The notes: a model not told the origin generated them from the sequence alone. 63,855 bases of DNA, filler included, from Sanchytrium tribonematis (GCA_018985235.1; 16 parts of 16 records of this genome joined end to end with filler, not necessarily neighbours in it); one strand, 5' to 3'; shown: positions 1-10,748, numbered from the whole stretch's first letter. Numbers and translations are program-made.

Positions 1-1416
1 CATTTATATTATTGTATGATAAATCAATGGTTTTCGAAGAATCTGGAAATGTCAAATTTGCCAAATCAGCATTCAAATTATTGCTTGAAAGATTCAAGTA
101 GACGACTTTGTTATTTAAACTCGGGATTTGACCAGACAGCTTGTTGTGCGATACATCCAATAAAACAAGTTGTGGTCCCAATGCTGGAAGAGATCCATTC
201 AGTGCATTGTTATTCGCACTAAAGCTTGTCAATGAATTTGTAAAAATAGGCAAATCCCCAATTAATTTGTTTTTGTTGGCAGAAAATGAAGTAATTGAGT
301 TCAAGGGAGGAATGGATCCTGTAATTGAGTTGTTGTCTGCAGAGAATGTCGTAAGAGAATCTGGGAACGGAGGCAAGCTTCCTGTAAATTTGTTGTTGGA
401 AATATTGAGTGTCTGGATTCCTGGTAAAATAATCTCGGCAGTCAAAGGACCCTCAAGTAGATTGTTGGAAATATCCAATGACTTGTAGTGACTGTAAAAG
501 TCTAGTGGGAAATCCCCTCTCAATAAATTGTTGCTGATGTTCAATGTTTGCATCCTGGAAAGATATTCCAACGATGAAATATCCACAGTTCCATTTAATT
601 TCAATCCACTCCAGTTTATTCCCAATACAGCATTTGTGATATTCTCGCATTTGACACCAGCAGCATTGCAGCAATTGGAGGATACCTGCTTGAAAAGTAA
701 AGGGTTGGAAGCATTCATATTCAAATTCTGCGCAAATGTCTTGACATATTGGCAGTCTGTGTCTTGCATTATTCCAGCTCTATCGCAAGTCCCAGGTATA
801 ATAGCTGTTTGGGATAAAGATAGTGGATTAGCCCCCATAATTCCATTCATATTGCCGCGAATATTTTGCTAATTTGCGTGTTATATACGTAGATAAATTT
901 GATTGCATTAAAATAGAGGCTACCTGTGAGACTGCCACAATACAAAACATTCAGGTAAAACATGTTCTTTGTAAACGCGTTCTTAGGAAACGATCCAATA
1001 ATATCAACATAACCCAGGTTCAAGTTAGTCAAACTTTTTGGCATTTTGAAGCTAGATGCATTAAAATGGAGTGTGCCACCCAAATTAGCGTATACATTTA
1101 TGTCCGCTAGAGAATCTTGAAGACTATCTGGAAATGTTCCGCTTAGACTTTGGTAGTCCACCTTGAAAAATTGTAAATTTGTCAAGGTACGAAAAGCTGT
1201 AAAATTAATGAACCCATTTAATCCACCACCCCAATTGATGCCATTAACTCTTCCATTGGCATCACAACTTGTTCTTCCAGTATCCTTGCAGCAGTCCGTA
1301 CTCAAACTTGCCCAGTTAGATGGTTGAACTTGTGGCATGTTCATATTGTATGCAAGTTGAATCGCGTTGGCGCAATCAGCACTAATAGCTCCAAAAGCAA
1401 ACTTTAAAAACAACAT
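1..1416 (-). pseudogene. LRR receptor-like protein paralog A, two cap+LRR modules, frameshift near 860, runs off the window start
   Basis: ORF 847-1416 has a signal peptide, DC..DCC..C cap and LRRs. A second frame (GNMNGIMG...GIMQDTDCQYVKTF...LDISNNLLEGPL...) is open from about 855 to base 1. No GT-AG intron explains the shift, so it is a real frameshift or an assembly error. Confidence 0.8.
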
Positions 1417-1623
1417 TTCTTTTTGGTTTCTTGCCTTTCAAGCCACATAAATTTCAAAAGAGTTCAAGAGCAGTCTAGGCCTCTTCAAGTGAGTTTATGA
1501 GATTAAAAACATCAGAATAGTTGCTCTATCGAAAAACATCTCAAATCAGAATTACTTGACCAGTATTACTTGACCGGTATTGTATTATGTAATGAAAAAT
1601 ATGTCATTACCCATCTCTTGTAT

Positions 1624-1998
1624 ATGACAGCAGATTCTAAAACGTCTTGCATCAATTCTAGAAAGTCGGCGCTTTTCTTTTCCGGATTATCGATGTGTTT
1701 AGCAATTCTCCAAGCTGTTCTTGGATTCATGTCAGTTGTATTAATATTTCCATCAATTATCACTTTGATACTTGTATTTCTAACTCTGTTGCTAGAAATT
1801 CCATCACCGTCGATGAAATGGTTGCAAATAAGACTTGTCAAAATAATGTTTTATTTGCTCACAGCGATTATTTACTTGACACCATTTATGGCCATATTTT
1901 TTATCAATTACGCTGTGGGTGTTTTGAATCTTATAGTTTGTATATTTCTCTTGGGATCTCATTTTGAAAAATCGGGAAAATCGAATTCTGGTGTATAA
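1624..1998 (+). CDS. small multi-pass membrane protein, possibly TVP18/TVP15-like Golgi protein
   Basis: About 124 aa, almost entirely hydrophobic with 3-4 TM segments and an LLEIP motif. Family call is tentative. Confidence 0.45.
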   Translation: MTADSKTSCINSRKSALFFSGLSMCLAILQAVLGFMSVVLIFPSIITLILVFLTLLLEIPSPSMKWLQIRLVKIMFYLLTAIIYLTPFMAIFFINYAVGVLNLIVCIFLLGSHFEKSGKSNSGV

Positions 1999-2142
1999 TA
2001 AATGGTTCAAAATTTTTGAAGGATGAGCGAGGTAATTATTTTTTGCATCATATTGACCCTATTTCAAATAATGACACTATTTTCTAAAAGCAGGAATCCA
2101 AGATAGTCTATTTAATTGCGGTGAATATTTTAAATAGTAATA

Positions 2143-4182
2143 ATGTGGCTCGTTTTACGCTTGATGTTGCTTTCAAATTTAGTTTTTGGAATAAATTCAG
2201 ATTGCTTGAATGTAATTCAACTTGCTTATAACATGAACATGGCCAATGCCGAACCAAGTAATTGGGCCAGTTTGAATGCAGATTGTTGTCAAGATACAGG
2301 AAGAACTGTTTGTGATTCCAATGGGCGGGTAACGTGGATCAATTGGGTAGGCGGACTAAGTGGGTTTTTTAACTTTACTGCGTTTTTAAGTTTGACTTCT
2401 TTAGAGTCCATTAATTTGCCTTTTCAAAGCTTGAGTGGCACATTTCCGGATAGACTACAGGATTCCCTAATTCACTTTAGTCTATATTCCAATTCAGGGG
2501 GCGCGACATTAAATGCTCCAACATTCAAGGCACCTAAATACATTACACATTTGGATCTTGGCTATGTTAACATTGTTGGAGGGTTTTCAAAGGATGCGTT
2601 TCCAAAAAGTTTGATATCGATCAACTTTTTGAGATGCGGCAGCCTAACTGGCAACTTGTACCTTTATGCGCCAACCTCTGTGCAGCTTCTTCACACAGGT
2701 GTCAAAAAAATATTTGTTGTAGATCCGAGTAACTTAAGTGGTGACATGTCATACTCCCAATTATCTACCTCACAAACAAACTACTTACCTGGAGGGTGTG
2801 ACAGAACCGGAATTATTCAGGACACTGACTGTGGGCATCTTAAAACCTTTGCCCAAAACCTTAATTTAGATACTGTCAATGCTACGCTGTTTGGACAAGT
2901 TTCAACTAATTGCTGCATTGCTATGGGTGTCAAGTGTGAAATAAATTCAAATAGCATCGTGGAAATCAATTGGAGTGGATTGGGTCTTGATGGAATGGTG
3001 GACATTTCATCGTTGGAGTATTTATCGAAGTTGCAGTCCTTGAATATTAGTAGCAACCAGTTAACGGGTAAGTTTCCATTGGACTTTTATAGCCATTTTC
3101 AATCATTGGACATCTCAAATAATTTGTTTGAAGGTCCTTTAACAGAAATTATTTTACCTGGAATACAAACACTTGAAATTTCTGGAAATCGATTTACAGG
3201 TAACCTTCCAATACTTCCAGATTCCTTAACAAAATTTGTTGCTGCAAACAATGCTCTGACGGGTCAGATCCAGGCATTTCCTAATTCGCTCACAATATTT
3301 ATTATAGACAATAACTTTGTGAATGGATCTATTCCATCTCTCAATTCTGTTGTAACATTTTCTGCAACTAGAAATAAGCTTTCTGGGAATTTGCCCACTT
3401 TCACAAACACATTAACAAGCTTTGCTGCAGCTTCAAACAAGCTAAATGGATCTATCCCAGCTTTAGGACAGTTTATGAGATCTCTAGATGTTTCACAGAA
3501 TCAATTATCTGGTCAATTTCCAACACTTAATTTGAGAATAATTAGTTTAAATATTTCAAGAAATAGACTGAATGATGATGTGACAAATGTTGCCTTTCCA
3601 AATTCGATGAAAATTGTTGATTTATCATTTAATAACTTAAACGGAATACCAACATTGAAGTCACCCTCATACGTGGATTTAGGGAACAATGCTTTGAACA
3701 CTGTTGTGTTTTTGAGTACCAGTTATCTAATATATTGTAATTTGATCAACAATCCGATGGATGTTGAAATTCCAATTTGCAATTATTATACATCCAGGGT
3801 AAATACCTTGACTTCTCTCATTCCAGATACAATAAGCAGCATTTCAACTACACCGACTAACAGTATTTTGGTAACTATTGCTACTAGGCCCTTGAAAGTG
3901 TCGCATAGTTTGCAAGGTACCTCATTTATCACAAATGATGTCCAATCGTCGCGATGGACCTCAACACATCTTTCCAACTTGACTACTGTTAGTATTTCGC
4001 GATATCGATTTGGGAAATCTAATTCAATGCAGCTTATTTTAAGCTTGTCAATTGTCATCCGTATTGCAATAAGTGGTATACTTTTAGGCATGTTTGTAAC
4101 TAAAATTCCATGGAGCCATATATTTAGACACAACAGAGGGAACAGAAAAATTATTATGGGGACTGCAGGTAGTTATCAATAA
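2143..4182 (+). CDS. LRR receptor-like protein paralog B (signal peptide, two cap+LRR modules, S/T stalk, C-terminal TM)
   Basis: Intact 679-aa ORF with LxxLxLSxNxLxGxxP repeats, Cys caps, S/T-rich stalk and TM segment LILSLSIVIRIAISGILLGMFV. Confidence 0.9.
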   Translation: MWLVLRLMLLSNLVFGINSDCLNVIQLAYNMNMANAEPSNWASLNADCCQDTGRTVCDSNGRVTWINWVGGLSGFFNFTAFLSLTSLESINLPFQSLSGTFPDRLQDSLIHFSLYSNSGGATLNAPTFKAPKYITHLDLGYVNIVGGFSKDAFPKSLISINFLRCGSLTGNLYLYAPTSVQLLHTGVKKIFVVDPSNLSGDMSYSQLSTSQTNYLPGGCDRTGIIQDTDCGHLKTFAQNLNLDTVNATLFGQVSTNCCIAMGVKCEINSNSIVEINWSGLGLDGMVDISSLEYLSKLQSLNISSNQLTGKFPLDFYSHFQSLDISNNLFEGPLTEIILPGIQTLEISGNRFTGNLPILPDSLTKFVAANNALTGQIQAFPNSLTIFIIDNNFVNGSIPSLNSVVTFSATRNKLSGNLPTFTNTLTSFAAASNKLNGSIPALGQFMRSLDVSQNQLSGQFPTLNLRIISLNISRNRLNDDVTNVAFPNSMKIVDLSFNNLNGIPTLKSPSYVDLGNNALNTVVFLSTSYLIYCNLINNPMDVEIPICNYYTSRVNTLTSLIPDTISSISTTPTNSILVTIATRPLKVSHSLQGTSFITNDVQSSRWTSTHLSNLTTVSISRYRFGKSNSMQLILSLSIVIRIAISGILLGMFVTKIPWSHIFRHNRGNRKIIMGTAGSYQ

Positions 4183-4260
4183 ATTTGTAAACCAAAATCA
4201 TCTAGAATATCATGGTTATGTCTCGCAAATGTAATTATTTTAAAATTTTGGACAATTTAT

Positions 4261-5997
4261 TTACTTTATTTTCATCCAGCAGTATAGCCCATAAAACGAA
4301 TTCAACAAAAAGAATGACCACATGATTAATATATTGATGCTGAGTGTATCTGGTAAACTAAACATGATGATTTGTAAGATATTGACAAGAATCCAGACAT
4401 ACCATTGCTCAGAATATCTAAAAGAAAGTAGTATCTGAGCACAGACGCTTAGTGAAGTGGTTAATGCATCTAGAGATCTTGCAAATGTATTTTCTTCAAA
4501 GGCGTATACACCAGTGACTGCCACTGCAAATTCTCTTATTTCGTAGTAAAGTCCGAGGCACAAAGTAAACCCGAATAGTACAAGAACTGCCCAGTATTTG
4601 AGTTTCAAATTTGGATTTCTTTCAACGATGGAATGGACTAGTTTTGATTTCCATTGCACTGCACCTACAAATTGTAAAGGAAGAAAAAACAATATGTTGA
4701 GCTGAAAGTTGCCAACATATCCAAATGAAATGGAAAATACACCATAGAATATGCAATTAATGATGCCCCAAAAGAAATTGGAAAACAATCTTTTAGCAAC
4801 AAGCACAACACATAAGACTCCACTAAAAGATGCAATACCACTGGTTAAAAAAATGAATGACCTCCAAGAGCTATCACTTTGGTCTGGGGTCCACCAAGAA
4901 AGACTTCGAAGATCAAAAAATGAAAACAAGATACTTGCCAAAGCAAATATAGTCACCCATGCAATTTCTGCCCTATTAAATGATTTCAAGTCCGAAAGAA
5001 CATTGAGAGAAAACTTATTTTCATTTTGAGCAATAACCTCATTAATAATTGTAACTTTTTTAGTATTTCTTGTATTTTGAATGGCTTCAATAGCTTGCAT
5101 TACTCTATTTTCAAGAGTGCCTGTCAAAACCACAAAAGGCTTCCCCGATTGTTGAACCATGTCGATAATTTCTGGTTCCATTTTTTGACGCTGTCCCGTC
5201 TCAAGGTCATCACGAGTTCCATCTTGTACAAAAACACTCTCTTTCAACTCAGATATTAGGTAAAGAGTGGGATAATCTACATCGTATTTAATCTCATGTC
5301 CAAGGTATCTTTTCGCCCATACAAGTGTGGTTGCAGTGTCTGTGTCACAAACGAGTTCGTAGCTATCTGCACATCCACGTTCTAAATCTAATTGCCCTTT
5401 TCGAATATTTAGAAAGTCCTGTTCAGTCCATATTGTTTTGTCTATTTTCTTCTCATAATACTCGCGGCCGTATTCGGGAACGAATGGAATGTCTAAAGAT
5501 TTTGAAACTTTTTCAGCAATCGTAGACTTCCAGGTACTTTCAGATCCAACAATTACATATCGTTGCATGTAAAAGTGCCTGACTGGCATACTTAAATATT
5601 GCCAACAAGACCTAGGATTATTTCTCACTTGTGTGCCAGAAATTGGGAATGTTTTTCGCTCTATATCGACACAAATGTGACGACAACCTAAATATTTAGA
5701 AAAAGGATCTCCGTACTTTTCAGAAGTAAATACAATGTCGATATCGTTTGCTATTTCTTTCACTAGATTCGCCCATAATTGAGAATCATCTGGATCATAA
5801 ACGTCATAAATGGTTCTTACTTGAGCTAGTGGGAATAATTCAGTGACCCAAGACACCCTATGATTTTTGGAAGGGTACTCGTTATCCTTGTAACAAATTA
5901 TGACCAAGACTTCGTCGCTCGATTCAAATGCTTTTCTGATCAAATATTCGTGACCTGCATGTAAGGGATAAAGTTTTCCAATGACGAGAGACTTCAT
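4261..5997 (-). CDS. NadR-like NMN adenylyltransferase + ribosylnicotinamide kinase fused to PnuC-like nicotinamide riboside transporter
   Basis: GKLYPLHAGH (HxGH) and ISGTQVR; kinase motifs GSESTWKST, EYGREY, CDTD, QDGTR; C-terminal multi-TM domain with EQWYVWILVN, PnuC-like. One uninterrupted ORF. Confidence 0.85.
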   Translation of the reverse strand: MKSLVIGKLYPLHAGHEYLIRKAFESSDEVLVIICYKDNEYPSKNHRVSWVTELFPLAQVRTIYDVYDPDDSQLWANLVKEIANDIDIVFTSEKYGDPFSKYLGCRHICVDIERKTFPISGTQVRNNPRSCWQYLSMPVRHFYMQRYVIVGSESTWKSTIAEKVSKSLDIPFVPEYGREYYEKKIDKTIWTEQDFLNIRKGQLDLERGCADSYELVCDTDTATTLVWAKRYLGHEIKYDVDYPTLYLISELKESVFVQDGTRDDLETGQRQKMEPEIIDMVQQSGKPFVVLTGTLENRVMQAIEAIQNTRNTKKVTIINEVIAQNENKFSLNVLSDLKSFNRAEIAWVTIFALASILFSFFDLRSLSWWTPDQSDSSWRSFIFLTSGIASFSGVLCVVLVAKRLFSNFFWGIINCIFYGVFSISFGYVGNFQLNILFFLPLQFVGAVQWKSKLVHSIVERNPNLKLKYWAVLVLFGFTLCLGLYYEIREFAVAVTGVYAFEENTFARSLDALTTSLSVCAQILLSFRYSEQWYVWILVNILQIIMFSLPDTLSINILIMWSFFLLNSFYGLYCWMKIK

Positions 5998-6571
5998 AGT
6001 TTGAAGGGAAATTTTAGAAACCAAGAAATAGAAACATGGTATGGACTTAAGTTTGTTGAACTCATTAACCTTTAATAACCATTTTTAAATTCTTTTTCAA
6101 CAAGTATCTGTTAGATAGCCCTGAAGATATCTTCGATGCATTAGATTGTGAACCATTGTGAACTTCATAACTTCCTTATTGAGGGCGAAAAGAAATATTA
6201 GTACTAAAAGAATATTGGACGGACAGAATGTGCTTTACATATATCATATTGGGACTGTCATAAGTAATTTTTATAAGCAGCAATATGGTTTATTCTATTA
6301 AAAGCACATTAAAATAAAACCTTATCTAATTGTTTGTTTTGATAATGTATAGCTCTAACACCCCCAGTTAAATCAATTCCTATCCTTATTATTCCTTATT
6401 TTTAACCATGTTTCAGTAACTCGACACTTTCTCATTAATAATTCTCCTTTTCTAAAATTACAAGCTCGGAACACTTTTTGACTGCTGGACTTGTCAAGTA
6501 GCTGAGCTGCATCTCCGATCAAAATACGCCTAGCACATCATAAGCATCGCCGTGCCCCTCAAAACGATTTA

Positions 6572-8842
6572 ATGAAAAACAAGGGTCCCTCATGGCTTTC
6601 CTCGTGGATTCCACCCTGTCCACCATTCATATCGAAAGCATATAGATCCTTACCCACAATCAATAAGTCCATATTCACCAAATCTATTTTAATTTTGGTT
6701 ATTTTGAATATTTTGATTACCAAGGCGGGGTTCCTAATCAAACATCACATTCATCAGAAATTTCACTATACTTATCATTTATTCTTCACAATGGATCTGG
6801 TGTATTTAATTTTGTTCGCATTGTTTGCTCCATTAAATTCCATTTTCCAATTTATTTATTTTCAACTTATTATTAATATAAATGCCGTATCATGGTTATA
6901 CTGTTTCGAGACTGGTGAAGAAATGTCGTGGTCCCTCATGAGATCTGCATTTGCCAATATTGATAGCATCATGCGAATTGGTGGGGACCAATCCAGATTT
7001 TTATGGATATTCTTTTTATCCTACAATGTGGGCTTATTCCTTGTTTATATCATCCTTTTAAAAATATCCAATAGATATCATCAATATACCCCTTTATTAA
7101 ACAATCCCAGTCCAATAGACTATAAAATATCCAACAAAATTTTGATGCTTTGTTTCATCATTTTTGTATTTCCCTTATTGTTAATTCCAAATAATCAATA
7201 TTTATATCTTTATAGAAATGAGATATTTGAGTCGCATTTTTATTTGGTTGTCACAATATCACATTTATTTAGACTTTTGACGAATCCAATTAGGCCGACT
7301 GTAATTCCAAATTACTCGGTCAAATTGCCACAAGATAGATTATTTAAGAATCTGGTTGTCATTTTATTAGAAACAAGTAGATCTTCCATGATTCCATCTC
7401 AAATTAATGGAACAAACAACAAGTGGTACGAGACACACGGAATACAGCCTGAACTCGTCCCAACCATCACCCCATTTTTAAATTCATTAAATATGGTGAA
7501 TATTCCATTACAGTCTACATCAGGGTACACCATCAAATCCACAGTTTCTACACTTTGTGGCATTTATCCCTTGCCGGTGGATTATACGGTCGAACATGCG
7601 TATACGCCTTACACGCATTGTTTACCAAAATTAATGGATAATAATCAATTCAACACCCATTTTATTCAAACTGCTGATGGCACTTTTGACCATCAACAAG
7701 ATACATTTAAAACAATGGGATTTCAAAATATCATTGGAAAATTAGAAATGAAATCTTATTTTAAAGAGCATCATGAGGATGAACCTGAATTGGTGAACTA
7801 TTTTGGATATTTAGATCATGCCAATTTACCATTTATTGACAGGGCTTGGAATTCAAAGCCAAATGACAAATGTGATAAAAATGAGCATCCGAATGAACAT
7901 CATAGAGAGCATCATAAAAATAGACACACTCGTCATCCTGGAGATCACCATCAGTATCCAAATGCGCCTGTCTTTATTTCTCATATTACAAATACGATGC
8001 ACCATCCATATCATTTTCCAAAATCACATCCTGTAACTAAATATGTCAATTACAATGAGGATTTAAATAATTATTTAAACACTATCCAGTATACAGATGG
8101 ATATTTGAAAGATTTATTTCAATTATTAAATGGGACAGCAAATTCAAATCCGGACGCACCTCCACATCCAGTCAACAATCTTGAAAATACACTTGTTGTC
8201 ATGATTGGAGATCATGGACTTATGACAGGTGAACATGGTCAATTTGGAACCAGTGAAATTAAATATGAAGATGCATTTGAAATACCATGTTTCATTTATT
8301 CTGAACATCCTCAATTTAAAAAAATTCAATCAAAATTAGAATCTAGTATTAAAAATAGTGAATATATTACAAGTTTGGATGTGTTGCCAACCATTATAGA
8401 TTTAATGATGCTGACTGAAAATGATTTGAAATTGAAAAATGCCACTGCGTTGGAAATGCCAGTTGTGAGTCATGTCCAGGAAATGAGTCATACAATGGAG
8501 GGTCATTCTTTGTTAAATCCAGTTCATAATGAATTTAGATTGTCATTTAGTAATCCTGGATTTAGTTGGACAGTCGTGAGATATGGAAAATATAAATTGT
8601 TGGTTAGTCGAACAGATGTGGTGTATTTCGTGGATTTATTAGTGGATCCAACAGAATCAAATCTTATGGTGTATGATGATTTGGAACCATCTGCGGAAGA
8701 GATTAAAGATTGTACATGGCAATCTACAGAAATTAAATGTAGAAAAAAGAATTATTACGAAATAAGTCGAGAAATGCGGGCATATCAAACTAAAATGATT
8801 GTAGATATCATGGGTAAATGGGGGTATGAGAAATATGATTAG
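6572..8842 (+). CDS. membrane-anchored alkaline-phosphatase/sulfatase superfamily protein (LTA-synthase-like)
   Basis: N-terminal TM helices, NLVVILLETSR, STSGYTIKS..LCG, HHPY, YTDGY and IGDHG motifs. Confidence 0.8.
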   Translation: MKNKGPSWLSSWIPPCPPFISKAYRSLPTINKSIFTKSILILVILNILITKAGFLIKHHIHQKFHYTYHLFFTMDLVYLILFALFAPLNSIFQFIYFQLIININAVSWLYCFETGEEMSWSLMRSAFANIDSIMRIGGDQSRFLWIFFLSYNVGLFLVYIILLKISNRYHQYTPLLNNPSPIDYKISNKILMLCFIIFVFPLLLIPNNQYLYLYRNEIFESHFYLVVTISHLFRLLTNPIRPTVIPNYSVKLPQDRLFKNLVVILLETSRSSMIPSQINGTNNKWYETHGIQPELVPTITPFLNSLNMVNIPLQSTSGYTIKSTVSTLCGIYPLPVDYTVEHAYTPYTHCLPKLMDNNQFNTHFIQTADGTFDHQQDTFKTMGFQNIIGKLEMKSYFKEHHEDEPELVNYFGYLDHANLPFIDRAWNSKPNDKCDKNEHPNEHHREHHKNRHTRHPGDHHQYPNAPVFISHITNTMHHPYHFPKSHPVTKYVNYNEDLNNYLNTIQYTDGYLKDLFQLLNGTANSNPDAPPHPVNNLENTLVVMIGDHGLMTGEHGQFGTSEIKYEDAFEIPCFIYSEHPQFKKIQSKLESSIKNSEYITSLDVLPTIIDLMMLTENDLKLKNATALEMPVVSHVQEMSHTMEGHSLLNPVHNEFRLSFSNPGFSWTVVRYGKYKLLVSRTDVVYFVDLLVDPTESNLMVYDDLEPSAEEIKDCTWQSTEIKCRKKNYYEISREMRAYQTKMIVDIMGKWGYEKYD

Positions 8843-8898
8843 AATTTGACATTCTAATGTCAGTGTATATAATAAATAGTAATTTAGAATGATTTATT

Positions 8899-9426
8899 TT
8901 AATTCCAATCGCTTGACTGCGAGGCACAAGAGTCATTGGTGCATGCACGAGTCCTGATGGTTTGTAGCCTTTTTCTCAAGGCACCAAATTCTTCGTTTGA
9001 CTTTAAAAAGGATCTCTTTTTCACAATGCTGACACTTTTTAATTTGGTAAATTGAAATTGTTGAATTTCATTCAAGAACTCGTCTTTGTTTTTAAAAATT
9101 GAACGAGCAACCACATTTTGTGGATAATAAGTTGTTTTTATAATCTTATTGGCTGGGGATACTAATTTCAAATCCAACAAGCCTTGTGGAAACTCTGGAA
9201 TCGTATTTAAATTTTTAATATTCTCGATAACTGGACTTTGATGATTTGGAGGTTGGTTGCATTCTTTCATATTTGTGACATTTCTAACTTTTTGCTGCTT
9301 CAATATCATTCTTGCTTTTCGTTTGGTTGCATTCATAAGCTTACGTAGCCATGAAACTTTTAGTATCTCGCATTGAGTTGCAATGTCGCACTTTTTTGTA
9401 GTGGTATGTGTAGCAGTGTTGTCCAT
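8899..9426 (-). CDS. hypothetical basic protein with a WH2-like segment
   Basis: Open ORF. FLNEIQQFQFTKLKSV resembles a WH2/thymosin helix plus LKKV motif. Confidence 0.4.
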   Translation of the reverse strand: MDNTATHTTTKKCDIATQCEILKVSWLRKLMNATKRKARMILKQQKVRNVTNMKECNQPPNHQSPVIENIKNLNTIPEFPQGLLDLKLVSPANKIIKTTYYPQNVVARSIFKNKDEFLNEIQQFQFTKLKSVSIVKKRSFLKSNEEFGALRKRLQTIRTRACTNDSCASQSSDWN

Positions 9427-9574
9427 GAGTATACGATGTTCGTCGGCCTTAAATAGAAAAAACAAACGGCGCGACGGTAGTATTTGATTGGGTACATACC
9501 AGATGTACAAAATATGAAATCGATAGCCTTAAATGTCAAACCGATATGCCAAAGTCATGAATAAAAAAGGCAAA

Positions 9575-9692
9575 AGCTACAGCACATGGGATTCCCACCC
9601 CGTCTCCGATGGCAGTACTAACCATGCCAGCACCTGCTTAACTTCTGAAATTTGACAGGATCAGGTGTTTCCAGGTGTGTATGGCCGTAGCT
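9575..9692 (-). rRNA. 5S rRNA gene (solitary)
   Basis: 118 nt reading AGCTACGGCCATAC...GAAGTTAAGC...GTTAGTACT...GGGAATCCCATGTGCTGTAGCT. Ends pair to form helix I. Followed by T-runs (Pol III terminator), with a TATA-like TTTATAA about 25 nt upstream. Confidence 0.95.
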
Positions 9693-9804
9693 GATTACAA
9701 AGTGGAGAATGGGTTATAAAGATGCATTTATTAAGTTTATACATACACAAAATAGTATATAGCCGGTATATCTTATAAGTTATCCCAATACATACGCAGA
9801 TTTC

Positions 9805-10608
9805 CTATGAAGGCATGATCCAATCCAAGTATACATCGATCTCCGATGGCGGTCCATACCATCCTGTCATGCAAGGTGCTTCATCCACCTCAACCAACAC
9901 AATTTCGTCGTTGTTATACGCAAGATCTATTGTTCCATGGAATGATTCTGGTATATTTAGATTTGGTAAAGTCGCATCCTTTTCTTGATACACAACCATT
10001 CCATTCTTGCAATATAACCTAAATTCATTATTCATATCCAAACGCTCTGAGCACCAAAACGGACCTTTGATGGTTTGACCATTGAAAATTTGACCAGTAA
10101 ATCTTTTAGATTTATCTGCTGGTTTAATAAATGTTCCAATTTTTGGAGTTGAATTTTGTTTCCATACTTTCCTATGCAATAAAAAATTAAGAAAGTCAGG
10201 ATAATGGTTTGGATTTGACAAGTCATATTTTAGTGAGCAATAGCCATAGTTTCCAATAGGTATTCCGTCTAGGCAAGGTTTCTTGCACCATTTCCTTGAA
10301 TGTCTAGTCGAGTATTTCATAATTAATTTTGCTTCTGGGTCATCGTGCTGCAAGCAAAAATGAGTAGGAGTATTTAGGAAATCCACAAACTGCTCAAACA
10401 AGTTCAAGCCATTAAATTCTATATATTGAGATCCATTGTATACTGAAATTGAATCGAGACATTCCAATATTACTGGTTTCCTTAATTTTTGATACACGGC
10501 CTTTGCTTCTGAGCGCATGTCACTTTTAACTTTAAAACAATAAAACTCAAAATGATTCGACCAAGGCAGGCGATTATCGTTGGCCACAAAAGTGAAATTG
10601 TGTTTCAT
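9805..10608 (-). CDS. ATP-grasp family protein (DUF4343/R2K-like)
   Basis: FIKPADKSKRFTG, EFRLY and TIDLAY...LVEVDEA motifs. Start codon uncertain (frame is open further upstream). Confidence 0.6.
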   Translation of the reverse strand: MKHNFTFVANDNRLPWSNHFEFYCFKVKSDMRSEAKAVYQKLRKPVILECLDSISVYNGSQYIEFNGLNLFEQFVDFLNTPTHFCLQHDDPEAKLIMKYSTRHSRKWCKKPCLDGIPIGNYGYCSLKYDLSNPNHYPDFLNFLLHRKVWKQNSTPKIGTFIKPADKSKRFTGQIFNGQTIKGPFWCSERLDMNNEFRLYCKNGMVVYQEKDATLPNLNIPESFHGTIDLAYNNDEIVLVEVDEAPCMTGWYGPPSEIDVYLDWIMPS

Positions 10609-10748
10609 TAAATATGACCTGATGTCAAGAACTTTGTAGAAATTGATCCTTTTCAAATTTTGGTATCTATTAACGTTAGTGAACGGACAGCGACGTTTTA
10701 GTGCACCATTGAATTATTGCCTACAATATCAAACACTCTCCTTAATTT

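Noticed and set aside
850..870. Possible tiny intron or programmed frameshift explaining the break in LRR paralog A
   Set aside because: No GT-AG pair or slippery run at the site; the paralogs suggest a small deletion.
16..1110. Plus-strand ORFs 16-222, 141-488, 528-872 and 874-1110, and similar short ORFs opposite real genes elsewhere
   Set aside because: Antisense shadows of the LRR and other coding sequences with no independent protein features.
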